Shown here one piece after another: positions 40,411-49,817 of a DNA stretch of 64,000 nucleotides. The stretch is from a virus (taxonomy: Duplodnaviria > Caudoviricetes), in IMG/VR virus record IMGVR_UViG_3300037722_001090; one strand, 5' to 3'. The notes beneath the pieces were generated by a model, which saw nothing but the letters and a program-made list of their open reading frames with translations, was not told the DNA's origin and ran no database searches. Every line of letters begins with the position of its first letter. Positions within the stretch are counted from its first letter, which is position 1. The position numbers and the translations under genes were made by a program.

Positions 40411-40746
40411 ATGTTAGCGCATAGGGTTTTGATGGCGTCGGGTGGTGTTATTCTTCTCTCTGTGTCACTTACTTTTTCTTCTAATGATCCTTCAGCTTAC
40501 GCATGGGTAAAAATAAACGGGGTTAGTGTATCAGTAGGCAGCCACTTCGTATCAGTAGGTGATCAAATTACAGCTGCGGTATACTCGTCTGATTCTTATG
40601 ACTGGTTAGATATAAGCTTAGGCTCTAACCTAGGTTCATTTTCTCATCTATCTTCAGGGGGGCCTGCAACCCTTAGTTCCCCTATAATGACTGTCACTGC
40701 TGGTATGACAAATATATGGGCAACAGCCTCAGTTGAAGGAGAATAA
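40411..40746 (+). CDS. Small tail-fibre-associated protein
   Basis: Starts MLAHRVLMASGG; beta-rich; elevated GC with neighbour. Confidence 0.45.
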   Translation: MLAHRVLMASGGVILLSVSLTFSSNDPSAYAWVKINGVSVSVGSHFVSVGDQITAAVYSSDSYDWLDISLGSNLGSFSHLSSGGPATLSSPIMTVTAGMTNIWATASVEGE

Positions 40747-40872
40747 ATGAAAAATCAAAGTCCACATTTTCTACAGCTCTAAACTCCTCTGGCTCTCCCT
40801 TTATAGTGGAGTAATTATATTCATACATTAGACTTATAAGTTATTTCTAATGCTTAAACACTAAAATACTAA

Positions 40873-40882
40873 GTTAATAACA
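40873..40882 (+). promoter_or_regulatory. GTTAWTAACA element (candidate late promoter) before lysis cassette
   Basis: GTTAATAACA in the 153-nt intergenic gap, 17 nt before ATG 40900. Confidence 0.5.
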
Positions 40883-40899
40883 CGAAGGAGAATATACAA

Positions 40900-41124
40900 A
40901 TGAATGATGCATTTAGTATTAAAAGTATATTTAGCTCAAAAACAATATGGGGCATCATAATTGCAGGGATTGGTAGACTTACAAACACTAATCTAGACAT
41001 GGATGATGCGACATTACAACAGTTTGCACAGTTTGCAAGTGTAGCAGTTGAGATTGGGGGCGCAGTCTTAGCTATCTATGGACGTATTGTAGCAAAAGAC
41101 AAATTAACTTTAAAAGGAACGTAA
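40900..41124 (+). CDS. Holin-like small membrane protein
   Basis: 74 aa, two hydrophobic segments, SKTIWG...LAIYGRIVA motif; AAGGAG RBS. Confidence 0.6.
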   Translation: MNDAFSIKSIFSSKTIWGIIIAGIGRLTNTNLDMDDATLQQFAQFASVAVEIGGAVLAIYGRIVAKDKLTLKGT

Positions 41125-41125
41125 C

Positions 41126-41764
41126 ATGCCAATAAATGAATTTCAAGAACTTGACGAACGCCTTCGCGAAGTAGAGCGTGTTACTGCTAGCATTACATCT
41201 ACAATTAATAATGTTAGTACTGATATTTCTGAACTTAAAAATATGTTTAGAAGCTTTTTAGCGGAGAGTACGAAAATTGCAACTATAGAAGAAAAGATTC
41301 GTAACATAGACAGAATTGATAAGAAAGTACAAGATCTAGACTCTAAACAAACACAATTAACATCAACATTTATCGCTATTCAAGCTGAGCACAGTATGTG
41401 TCAGCTATCTAAAGGTAGATCGGAGGATGTATTGAGAGAGCTTGGAACAAGGTTTGGATTAACAGAAACTCGTACTCAGGCACAATTAGCGCAAATCCAG
41501 GCAGACTTAACTTCACTTAAGCAAAATACTGGTAGAGTTGATAAGATGTTTTGGAACTGGGGCAATAAGCTAGGATTCTTATTTATTACAGGAATGCTAT
41601 ACTTATTTCTAACTAATGCAAATGAAGTTAAAAGTGTACTTAGTGGTCAAAACCCTATAATAAAAGTTGGCGAAAAAGCAGTATTGCACTTTAATGAAGG
41701 AAATAATAATAGTGAAGAAGTGGAGCAAGAAGATGAAACTAAAACTAAAGAGCCTAGGAGATAA
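41126..41764 (+). CDS. Coiled-coil protein with C-terminal TM (holin/antiholin-like)
   Basis: Long heptad region then LGFLFITGMLYLFL TM segment; in lysis cassette. Confidence 0.5.
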   Translation: MPINEFQELDERLREVERVTASITSTINNVSTDISELKNMFRSFLAESTKIATIEEKIRNIDRIDKKVQDLDSKQTQLTSTFIAIQAEHSMCQLSKGRSEDVLRELGTRFGLTETRTQAQLAQIQADLTSLKQNTGRVDKMFWNWGNKLGFLFITGMLYLFLTNANEVKSVLSGQNPIIKVGEKAVLHFNEGNNNSEEVEQEDETKTKEPRR

Positions 41765-42029
41765 TACATTTAATTTTATTTACCTAGCAGTATCAATAGC
41801 GCTTGTTTATCTTTCATTTACATATGAAATTAACTACTTACAAATTATCTCAATTGCCTTAGTGAAGGTTGGCATATTTACACTTACTAGTACTTGGATG
41901 ATTAGGTTTCTTAATGGATTAGATTGTAATATTTATAAAGAAATATTTGAGGAACATAATACAGCAGCATCTATATTGGTCGCGGGACTATTAATTGGAC
42001 TAGCGATTGTTATTGCTGTAGCAGTTTAA
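41733..42029 (+). CDS. Three-TM membrane protein (DUF350-like, holin candidate)
   Basis: GGAG RBS before ATG 41733; IFEEHNTAASILVAGLLIGLAIVI motif. Confidence 0.55.
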   Translation: MKLKLKSLGDNTFNFIYLAVSIALVYLSFTYEINYLQIISIALVKVGIFTLTSTWMIRFLNGLDCNIYKEIFEEHNTAASILVAGLLIGLAIVIAVAV

Positions 42030-42039
42030 AGAGACTTGA

Positions 42040-42678
42040 ATGAAAAATCTAATTATTACAATAATGTTACTCCTGTTAACTACAGGAGTATCATTAGCCT
42101 CAGATATTGACTGTAATATCTGCCACTCTGAGAAACCATTGCAGTATAATGCCGTACACACTGCATTAACTTATGAAGGATTAACAGAGCTGACAAATAA
42201 GAATGACGGTATTGAGATAACTAGATGGCTTAAAAATGTAGGACTAAATGGAGGATACCCATATTGTGCGGCCTTCATGTATAGTATGTATATGGAGTCT
42301 CAACAGTTTCTATCAATCAAAACAACTCTTCCGCTTAAGTCAGCACGCGTGTCTACAATATATTATCACGCAAAGAAAAATCCGTTTAAATACAAAGTTT
42401 TTACACCAAATCAAGTATTCCTAGAAATAGAAACTTTAGAAGTTGGAGATATACCAATTTGGACTAGGAGTGCTGATGATATCGAAAACTTTAACGGACA
42501 TACTGGATTAATAATAGAACAGATAAGTAATGAGAAGTTTAAGTCAATTGAAGCTAATACTAGATCAGACTCTAAAGGTGATCAAGGTGAAGGCGGTGGT
42601 ATTTTCATTAAAACAAGAAGCGTAAGAGATTTAAGCTTTAAGCTTAAGGGATTTATAAGATTAAGAGAGAATAAATAA
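42040..42678 (+). CDS. CHAP-domain endolysin with N-terminal signal peptide and CxxCH motif
   Basis: MKNLIITIMLLLLTTGVSLA signal; GYPYCAAF (Cys), GHTGLI (His), FKSIEANT; CNICH at 42112-42126. Confidence 0.8.
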   Translation: MKNLIITIMLLLLTTGVSLASDIDCNICHSEKPLQYNAVHTALTYEGLTELTNKNDGIEITRWLKNVGLNGGYPYCAAFMYSMYMESQQFLSIKTTLPLKSARVSTIYYHAKKNPFKYKVFTPNQVFLEIETLEVGDIPIWTRSADDIENFNGHTGLIIEQISNEKFKSIEANTRSDSKGDQGEGGGIFIKTRSVRDLSFKLKGFIRLRENK

Positions 42679-42679
42679 T

Positions 42680-44107
42680 ATGTTTATAAATCTTGACGGA
42701 GAAACCATTAATGCAGAAGCAATAAGATCATATGAAGCTAGTGAAAATAAAACACTAGTTAGTTTTGATAATAATGAGCATAAGATATTTAATGTTGATA
42801 TTAATTCATTTACAGCATTATTGTCTATGGATGCAAACTGGCTTATATTTATTTTATGTAACAATCAATATATTTCATTAAATCACATTAAATCAATTAA
42901 GGATATAGACTTAAGTACTTCTATAATTGAATACACCGATGGATCTTTTAAGAAAATAGATATAAATAGTCAGCAAATTAAAGACAGTTATGTCCCTACA
43001 GCTCTCTCACCAACCAATATAATAGAAGACGCCACTCATAGATTTACAAATGATGAATCAATCATACTTGCCGAAACTGCATACGCGCATAGTCAATCTG
43101 AGCATTCACCTATAATAACTACAGTTCAGATGTCAGAATGGGATACTGGATATCAACATTCTGGAGCTACACATGCCCCAGTCGATGCAAATAACTATAC
43201 ATTGCCATTAGGTGATGTTGTTGCTGGTGGAATTAAAACTGGTGGCGATATTACAATGACCAATGGTATTGCAGTTGTTAATTCTTTAGATGGAAAACTT
43301 GTATCACTTATTGGTACAGAAAACACAGTACCTATAAGAGATGAATATGGCAATCTAGAGGCTAGGTTATTTAAGTGCAATATTGGTGCATGGAATATGG
43401 CAGCATCACATTATTTTTTTGAATCTAGTGATCCTCTTGAGGCAGGATTTATAGCGAAAAAACCACTAGCAGATGTAAGAACAGAAATAGTTACAAAAGA
43501 AGCAGTAGAAATAAGCCTTACTGGTGATATTAACTCACATAGTCACAGTAGCTACTTAGAGGCAAATAAAGCGGCAATAGAGGCTATACTTACAGGTCTA
43601 ATCAATAGTCATTCACATACATATGAAAGCATACCTCCTGGAGCAGTTGAATTTTTTGCTATGAGTACTCCTCCAAGTGGATGGCTTAAATGTAATGGCG
43701 CATTATTAAGTAGAACTGTCTATGCTGATCTGTTTGCAAAAATCGGAACAGCATTTGGTGCAGGAAACGGATATTCGACATTTAGTATACCAGATCTTAG
43801 AGGGGAATTCTTAAGAGCGCTAGATGACGGCAAAGGAGTAGATGTAGGAAGGGTTCTTGGCTCAACACAAGCAGATGCTATTAGGGATATAAGCGGACAG
43901 TTACTTGGAATTGGTGGACAGCCTCAAGGAAACCCATCTGCAAATGGAGTTTTTCTAGAAACACTACAGTATAACGGAGGAGGCGCTGGTGGTGGTGGGC
44001 AGCTATATAATACAAGTAATTTTTCTTTTGATGCCAGTAGAGTTGTTCCAACAGCCTCAGAAAACCGACCACGAAATATTGCACTTTTGGCATGCATTAA
44101 ATATTAG
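42680..44107 (+). CDS. Tail fibre protein with tail-collar domain
   Basis: PPGAVEFFA...PSGWLKCNG..LSRT.YADLF..IG...PDLRGEFLR...ENRPRNIALLACIKY collar and tip. Confidence 0.9.
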   Translation: MFINLDGETINAEAIRSYEASENKTLVSFDNNEHKIFNVDINSFTALLSMDANWLIFILCNNQYISLNHIKSIKDIDLSTSIIEYTDGSFKKIDINSQQIKDSYVPTALSPTNIIEDATHRFTNDESIILAETAYAHSQSEHSPIITTVQMSEWDTGYQHSGATHAPVDANNYTLPLGDVVAGGIKTGGDITMTNGIAVVNSLDGKLVSLIGTENTVPIRDEYGNLEARLFKCNIGAWNMAASHYFFESSDPLEAGFIAKKPLADVRTEIVTKEAVEISLTGDINSHSHSSYLEANKAAIEAILTGLINSHSHTYESIPPGAVEFFAMSTPPSGWLKCNGALLSRTVYADLFAKIGTAFGAGNGYSTFSIPDLRGEFLRALDDGKGVDVGRVLGSTQADAIRDISGQLLGIGGQPQGNPSANGVFLETLQYNGGGAGGGGQLYNTSNFSFDASRVVPTASENRPRNIALLACIKY

Positions 44108-44115
44108 GACTAATT

Positions 44116-44721
44116 ATGATTATCTATAACTTTGACGCAATTACATATGAATATACTAACGAAGGACTAGCAGACCTAAATCCACTAGAGCCAGGAGAAT
44201 GGCTTATTCCTGCATATGCAACAGTAGTCACTCCACCAACAGTGGATATAAATGAAATACCTATATGGAATGACAATAGCTGGATAATTGCACCAGACTT
44301 CAGAGGACAACCTATTTGGAATAAAATAACATTGGAACAATCAGTAGTTAAAATAATAGGTCCTATTTCAAGTGAATATACATTAATTGAACCTCCTAAT
44401 TATAATTCTAAATGGGACATAAATACGTGGGTTATCGATATACTGGTACAAGAAGAAAACATAAAGAAAGAACTTATAAGTAGTGTATCTCGACATCTTG
44501 ATCAGATAGCTCAATCAAGAAATTATGATAATATACTTTCACTTTGTACATATGCAACAAGTACAAACCCTATTTTTGCACTAGAAGGACAGGCAGGTAT
44601 TCAGTGGAGAGATGAGGTTTGGACATACTGCTATCAGGTGTTATATGATTGTAGTAATGGATTAAGAGCAATTCCTACATCAAGTGAATTAATAAGTGAA
44701 TTACCAGTAATTTCATGGTAG
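44116..44721 (+). CDS. Tail fibre assembly chaperone (Tfa-like)
   Basis: IPAYATVVTPP...WNDNSWIIAPDFRG motif; directly after collar fibre. Confidence 0.8.
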   Translation: MIIYNFDAITYEYTNEGLADLNPLEPGEWLIPAYATVVTPPTVDINEIPIWNDNSWIIAPDFRGQPIWNKITLEQSVVKIIGPISSEYTLIEPPNYNSKWDINTWVIDILVQEENIKKELISSVSRHLDQIAQSRNYDNILSLCTYATSTNPIFALEGQAGIQWRDEVWTYCYQVLYDCSNGLRAIPTSSELISELPVISW

Positions 44722-44740
44722 CAATATTGGAGGAATTATT

Positions 44741-45166
44741 ATGAAGCTCGCATTCTATAAATCAAAATATGGTAACTGGGCAGACAAGGGAATTGATTGG
44801 TGGACTGGTGGACACGGATATTCTCATTGCGAAATTGTCTTTTCAGACGGTATGTCTTTTTCTGCATCACAGAGAGATAACATTACTAGGTTTAAAGATA
44901 TTACTTATAATGAAAAATGGGATTTAGTTGAATTAGATATTGATGAGATGACAGAAAACATCATTAGAGCAAAGGCAGAGGGGCTACAAGGCAAGAAGTA
45001 TGATTGGATAGGGATAGTATTGCATCAGGGTATATTTAAGGGCTTATATCTTAACTTCATGCAATCAGATGGGAAATGGTGGTGCTCAGAGATTTGTTCT
45101 TATTTACTATGGGAAGGTAACTTCAGAGTAGACCCAAATACACTAGCAATTAGACATGGACTATAA
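44741..45166 (+). CDS. Permuted papain-like (NlpC/P60) amidase
   Basis: GYSHCEIV (His first), KYDWIG, KWWCSEI (Cys last). Confidence 0.75.
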   Translation: MKLAFYKSKYGNWADKGIDWWTGGHGYSHCEIVFSDGMSFSASQRDNITRFKDITYNEKWDLVELDIDEMTENIIRAKAEGLQGKKYDWIGIVLHQGIFKGLYLNFMQSDGKWWCSEICSYLLWEGNFRVDPNTLAIRHGL

Positions 45167-45183
45167 GTTTCCATTAAAGAAAT

Positions 45184-45220
45184 AAAAAAGGGACAGGAGA
45201 TTATTCTCCCGCCCCTTTTT
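45184..45220. terminator. Rho-independent terminator at convergence of + and - modules (stronger on - strand)
   Basis: - strand GGGGCGGGAGA-ATAA-TCTCCTGTCCC-TTTTTT; T-tract also on + side. Confidence 0.75.
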
Positions 45221-45548
45221 CTTTTTCGTCCGCAAGTAAGTTGATCTCTTGAATAGTTTGCTGGTTTAGCACACCCCATTTAATCATCTTAACTGTATTT
45301 CTTTGTATTGCCTTAACGTCTGATTCCAAGATACCACCTACGATACCCGGTGTACTGAGAGGGTAGATAGTGACAGATTCGAGTGGTTCTAGAGGTACGA
45401 TAGGGTATACTTTGTATGTTGGTGGTACGTATATTACTTTTGGTGCTGAAGGATTAAGTTCAGAATCCGATGGCTTCTTTAGGCACCCCACTTGGGATAA
45501 CGATATAAGGCTCAACAATAACACCATCCATGATAGGGATCTTAGCAT
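45201..45548 (-). CDS. Outer-membrane spanin (o-spanin) lipoprotein
   Basis: Signal peptide with lipobox-like SQVG-C, Pro-rich mature region; overlaps 3' end of i-spanin by 89 nt. Confidence 0.75.
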   Translation of the reverse strand: MLRSLSWMVLLLSLISLSQVGCLKKPSDSELNPSAPKVIYVPPTYKVYPIVPLEPLESVTIYPLSTPGIVGGILESDVKAIQRNTVKMIKWGVLNQQTIQEINLLADEKEKGAGE

Positions 45549-45888
45549 TGTTTATTTTCTCCAACATTTCATTATATTTTTTCTGGACTATGTCTGTATT
45601 TTTTTGAAGGTTCTTATATAGTTGCATATATCTATTAAGATCCTTTTCTCTTTTTTCATTAGCATTATTTAGTAAGAAGATAGAATCATCTCTGTCTTTT
45701 ATGCTAATATTTTTGTGCTGTATAGTTGCTTCAAGATTTGTAATTTGTGATTGCAGTGTATCTTTTGAATCTTTAAGTGACTGATATCGCATACCAAACC
45801 CAATAAGCGCACTTACAAGACCAGCTATTACAATACCAACTGCAATAATTTTCCAATTCCTAAGCAGGAACAGTGCTATTCCGCCCAT
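45460..45888 (-). CDS. Inner-membrane spanin (i-spanin)
   Basis: Single N-terminal TM (WKIIAVGIVIAGLVSALIGFG) then periplasmic coiled coil; GGAG RBS. Confidence 0.75.
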   Translation of the reverse strand: MGGIALFLLRNWKIIAVGIVIAGLVSALIGFGMRYQSLKDSKDTLQSQITNLEATIQHKNISIKDRDDSIFLLNNANEKREKDLNRYMQLYKNLQKNTDIVQKKYNEMLEKINNAKIPIMDGVIVEPYIVIPSGVPKEAIGF

Positions 45889-45903
45889 TATTATCTCCTA
45901 AAT

Positions 45904-45931
45904 AAGGGGAGCAGTCGCCCACTCCCCTTTT
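45904..45931. terminator. GC-rich hairpin/terminator between nrdJ and spanin
   Basis: - strand AAGGGGAGTGG-GCGA-CTGCTCCCCTT (GNRA loop); T-tract on + strand side. Confidence 0.55.
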
Positions 45932-45936
45932 ATTAT

Positions 45937-46516
45937 TTAACGCAATTCACAATTTCCACCACTACAAGCAAATTCCTGACTACCTTTAGTAGTATCTTGA
46001 TGCTCATAATTAGTTAACTCGTTAAAGTCAATTTTTGGAAATAGCTTAGCAAGCCTATCATATTCAGTGTCATCAATTTCTTCATAAGGAGCAAGAGGGT
46101 AAGTGCCACCATCGTGAGGCAGGAAGCTTAAGCCGCCTACACTGTCCCAGTTTTGATATACCCATCCACCAACAGTTAGCCACTCATGTTCTTTTACATA
46201 GATGGTAACACTCGGGTTATGGTCACACCAGGCATCCTTAAACATCTTCCAGTATTCTAATTGCTGAATTGCATTGCGATCATTACGTTCAATAGATCCA
46301 GTCTTTGGTCCACTTACAGGAAAGTCAAATACCATAGTACTATAACTCTCTAAAGACTGACCAACTTCCGGGTTCCACTGTACCCCTCTGTCGACTAGAA
46401 ACTGAGCAATAGGATCATCAGCAGTTACTCTAACTCTCCTAATGTAATTTTGGCTATGTCTAGGATGTAAACCTGAAGCACAGTTAACAAGCTGACTAAC
46501 CGTTCCTGACGGTTTA
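45937..46516 (-). CDS. nrdJ: Class II (B12-dependent) ribonucleotide reductase, exon 2
   Basis: Begins (T)AAA CCG TCA GGA ACG = KPSGTVSQLVNCASGLHPR; ends EFACSGGNCELR (C-terminal redox pair). Confidence 0.9.
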
Positions 46517-46529
46517 CAAAAGTTCAGCC

Positions 46530-47075
46530 TCAGTCGTTACTTGAGACTCGTTTTAGTCGATAATAATGTGTTTTACTAATGCCATATTTTTGTTTAGCTT
46601 CCTTAAAAGAAAGCTTAATTATCTCATCTTGAGAATAAGTATTTTGTGAGTCCCAATATTTCCTGGATACATCAGAGAATAATTTCTTATTATCATCAGT
46701 ATGACTCATTCCAAGAGCAGGCTTTCTGCCTTTTCTCTTTTCCTTTAACTTATTTTTCCAAGATTCAATATTAATAACATTAAATCCACCTTCACCACCA
46801 TCGGCTAGATTAAGAATTTTATGATTAGATTTTCTTGCTAATTTAATAGCTCTAATTTCAGCATCACAACATTCATTATGTGTATCAAATTCATCTTTAA
46901 GACAAATAATAAAATTATCTAATCCATACTTTCTCATACAGTCATACAGTGCAGTTTTCTTTTTAGATCTTGCTGCACTCTTATGACTATTAAGTCTATA
47001 GGATAACTTATTCTTAGTCATTCCTATATAATATGAATCTGTTTTATCTGATACTATATAATAAAGTTTGTACAT
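46530..47075 (-). CDS. Intron-encoded GIY-YIG homing endonuclease
   Basis: YKLYYI...YYIGMT...R...H, conserved Glu (EIRAI) and Asn (ILNL), NUMOD3-like GMSHTDDNKKLFS; GAGG RBS before 47075. Confidence 0.88.
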   Translation of the reverse strand: MYKLYYIVSDKTDSYYIGMTKNKLSYRLNSHKSAARSKKKTALYDCMRKYGLDNFIICLKDEFDTHNECCDAEIRAIKLARKSNHKILNLADGGEGGFNVINIESWKNKLKEKRKGRKPALGMSHTDDNKKLFSDVSRKYWDSQNTYSQDEIIKLSFKEAKQKYGISKTHYYRLKRVSSND

Positions 47076-47200
47076 TCTCAACCTCACTGCCCTAGCTTTC
47101 ACTAAGGATCGGACTATATCATCATCCATTTCTGGATGTCCTGAGCTTCCACATCACTCGATGCGTACTCCCACCTACGGGATAGTCTCTGAACCTTATT

Positions 47201-47210
47201 TGTTAATAAC
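47201..47210 (-). promoter_or_regulatory. GTTAWTAACA element inside nrdJ intron, upstream of GIY-YIG ORF
   Basis: - strand GTTATTAACAAATA, identical over 14 nt to the site at 16844. Confidence 0.45.
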
Positions 47211-47341
47211 CATTATAGTTCCATATGGTTTAAGTAATTAACAAATCTTGGCTGCTGATTGGCATATCTTTTTAGACTTAGCTTTCCAGCAATTCACAGG
47301 ATTTTCAATTATGCATTACTGCATAATGGCGCTAAACATTA

Positions 47342-48714
47342 ACGCAGGTTATAGCTTTAGGTCTATTGATACCGAGCGCATCTGCAAGACTATTACTAGT
47401 AAGACGCGTAACTGCTTTAATTTGAACTAACCAACTATAAGCTACTTCATCCTGATTTTGTAGTATAGGATGATCACACGTACCAGTTAAGCTAACTCCA
47501 AGTAACCGCTCTTCTTCACAATTATCTTTCCATACTTTTCTCAAGAATCCGAAATCAGTAAGAGTAGACTGCAAGACACCAAGTGTAGTAGCATGGATAG
47601 CCTTAGCCATAAGAGATTCAAGAGTATCATCAGCACGTACAATTATCTCTGAAAGGTTACAGAACTGATTAGGTCTTAGAATAATCTCACCACATGGATT
47701 TACACCATATGAGACATTAGGATCACGACCAAGAGAAGCAGCTGTCTTTTGTAGTCCTTCACGATTAACAATTCCTCGCTCACCATTACCGGACTTCATA
47801 AGTGACATCCACTCTTCCATAAAGATAATCATATCAGGCTTCTCAGTATATGCTACTGAGTTATTAGATAATGCACGATGAGGTTGTAGAATCCAGAATT
47901 CACCATCTTTAGCGCCACGCATTCTCATATCAGAAAGATTAGAAAGACTAATACCAGCACTACGACGAACACCACCAACCACAACACAGTTAGCAATCAT
48001 GCAGCAGATATCATGACATTCAATAGATGTAAGCTTGCGCCCACTTGCTTGCTTAAAGATACGTGTTGTAAACTTCAGTAAATCAATAAGAGGTTCAGGC
48101 CCACTAGCACGACCACCAAAAGTCTTAAGTCGTGAACCCTTCTTACGGATTTTACTTGTATCAACAGCCGGTATAATTCCTTCATAAAGAGCTGAAATAA
48201 ACTTACGATATCCTTCAGCCCAACCAAGCTTACTGTCAGCAAATACAATTGGGTTAAAAACATCAGAGTCTAATACCCTAGACGCATCAAAAAATCCATC
48301 AGGAATTTCTGGCAACTTACTTACATTTTGACGCTCAACACTAAAGCCTGCACCAGTACCATTCATAAGAATATACAAGATTTCACTAAAGGCACGAGGA
48401 TCATCAATAGATGTAAATGCACAGTTATATCCAGCAATATGCTCTCTAGCAAGTGCAGGGCCAGCAGCCCACAATGCACGCATAGAAGGCATAACTTCAA
48501 ATTTAACTACGGCACGAGTGGCAGACATTAATTGACTACGGATATTAGTTTTTACTTCTGGGGCAAGACTCATTTCTTCAATATGGTTAATAAAGAAGTC
48601 ACTATATCTCTGTACAGACTCAGACCAATTCTCTCTGCGAGACTCTTTTTCTAGCCATCGGCTATATGTTCTTTTATAAATAAACTCTTCATACGTACTT
48701 GGGAATACTGACAT
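47342..48714 (-). CDS. nrdJ: Class II ribonucleotide reductase, exon 1
   Basis: RTYSRW, MPSMRALWAAG, YNCAF, NPCGEIILR..FCNLSE, ERLLGVSLTG; GAGGTG RBS before ATG 48714. Confidence 0.92.
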
Positions 48715-48726
48715 TCTACACCTCAA

Positions 48727-49005
48727 TTACTCAGATACAGTACTTGTAGACACTGCAACTGGTACACTTTCATAACAAACTTCTTCAATAATTTCAGCTA
48801 GCTCACGATCTACAATCTCAAACTGTGCCTGATCCTTCAAGAAGTCTTTATAGTCCTTAAGAGCTTTTTTAATGCTCTGTTTATCTTTACCGTGGTTTTG
48901 TGCAAATATTTCTGTAGCTTCTTTAATTTCAGCAGCAATAGCTTTCTTTGCAACTTCTTTAGCAATTACTTCATCTGCAAATCCAATAAATTCTTGTTTA
49001 GTCAT
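48727..49005 (-). CDS. Small helical protein, possibly DsbA(T4)/GapR-like dsDNA-binding protein
   Basis: GGAG RBS before 49005; KKAIAAEIKEA...GKDKQSIKKAL pattern. Confidence 0.4.
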   Translation of the reverse strand: MTKQEFIGFADEVIAKEVAKKAIAAEIKEATEIFAQNHGKDKQSIKKALKDYKDFLKDQAQFEIVDRELAEIIEEVCYESVPVAVSTSTVSE

Positions 49006-49006
49006 A

Positions 49007-49483
49007 TTATTTAACTCCTGATTCGCCAAAGCCTGTTGTTGCACGTTCTGATTCTGGCAGAACATCAACGGTTTCAAACTCAGCTGTAGAATATTTCGTA
49101 AACACAAATTGTGCAATACGATCATTAGGTTCAATTCTGAAAGATTTTTTACTCATATTAATTAGAATAACACCGACCTCTCCACGGTATCCACTATCCA
49201 CTGTACCTGGTGAATTAAGAACGGTCACTCCATGCTTTAGGCATGTTCCACTTCTTGGACGAACCTGACACTCAAACCCCAGTGGGATTGCAAAATGTAA
49301 ACCAGTAGGACATAGCCAGATTTCTCCAGGCGACATAATCTTAGGTTCTTCAATATAGGCACGCACATCCATGCCTGCATCACCAGGTTTAGTATACACT
49401 GGAAGATCTGGACCAGCAAATAGCTTACCATTACGATCTGTATAAGCTCTATCTAGTACTTGTACTTTAATATTTTCTGACAT
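49007..49483 (-). CDS. dut: Trimeric dUTPase
   Basis: GDAGMDVRA, QVRPRSG, GTVDSGYRGEVGV, DRIAQ, RATTGFGESG motifs I-V. Confidence 0.95.
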   Translation of the reverse strand: MSENIKVQVLDRAYTDRNGKLFAGPDLPVYTKPGDAGMDVRAYIEEPKIMSPGEIWLCPTGLHFAIPLGFECQVRPRSGTCLKHGVTVLNSPGTVDSGYRGEVGVILINMSKKSFRIEPNDRIAQFVFTKYSTAEFETVDVLPESERATTGFGESGVK

Positions 49484-49502
49484 ATAAACTCCATTAGGGC
49501 AC

Positions 49503-49526
49503 AAAAGGGGCCCGAAGGCCCCCTTT
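49503..49526 (-). terminator. Rho-independent terminator with C(UUCG)G loop
   Basis: - strand GGGGCC-TTCG-GGCCCC-TTTT. Confidence 0.85.
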
Positions 49527-49549
49527 GTATATTCAAATTTTGAACTGAA

Positions 49550-49816
49550 TTAAGCTTCAGTAGTCTCTACAGGTTCTTCTACTGCTGATTCTGCTGCAAC
49601 TTTTTCCATAACCTCAGCAGTAATCTTAAAGATCTCCTGATTAAGGTCATCCATTTCCTTAGTAAGCTCATCATGAGTAGTCATACCCTTGTCAAGCATT
49701 AGTTTAGTAATAGAATTTGTCTGCAGATAAATAACATATAGCTGATTTTCAAGAGCTGCTACGCGCTGTTCAATTGTTAGTTCTGGTGCTACTGCACCTG
49801 GTACATTTTGTTCCAT
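49550..49816 (-). CDS. Hypothetical acidic coiled-coil protein
   Basis: 88-aa ORF with AGGAG RBS. Confidence 0.5.
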   Translation of the reverse strand: MEQNVPGAVAPELTIEQRVAALENQLYVIYLQTNSITKLMLDKGMTTHDELTKEMDDLNQEIFKITAEVMEKVAAESAVEEPVETTEA

Positions 49817-49817
49817 T

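Larger units (their letters stand above)
46517..47341 (-). mobile_element. Group I intron in nrdJ (825 nt)
   Basis: Exon ends in U (TGC GT), intron starts TAATG and ends in G; core P GAATTGCTGGAAAG, Q AATCAGCAG, R TTCAGAGACTA, S GATATAGTCC; splicing restores C-V-K-P-S-G-T and a 650-aa ORF. Confidence 0.92.

Noticed and set aside
959-44093. Numerous short opposite-strand ORFs in the ORF track within the + strand module (and + strand ones in the - module)
   Set aside because: Shadows of long genes: no RBS, Ser/Leu/Ile-rich antisense composition, no motifs. The only exception is 61612-62553
36868-44107. Diversity-generating retroelement acting on the tail fibres
   Set aside because: No reverse transcriptase and no template/variable repeat pair noticed in the window
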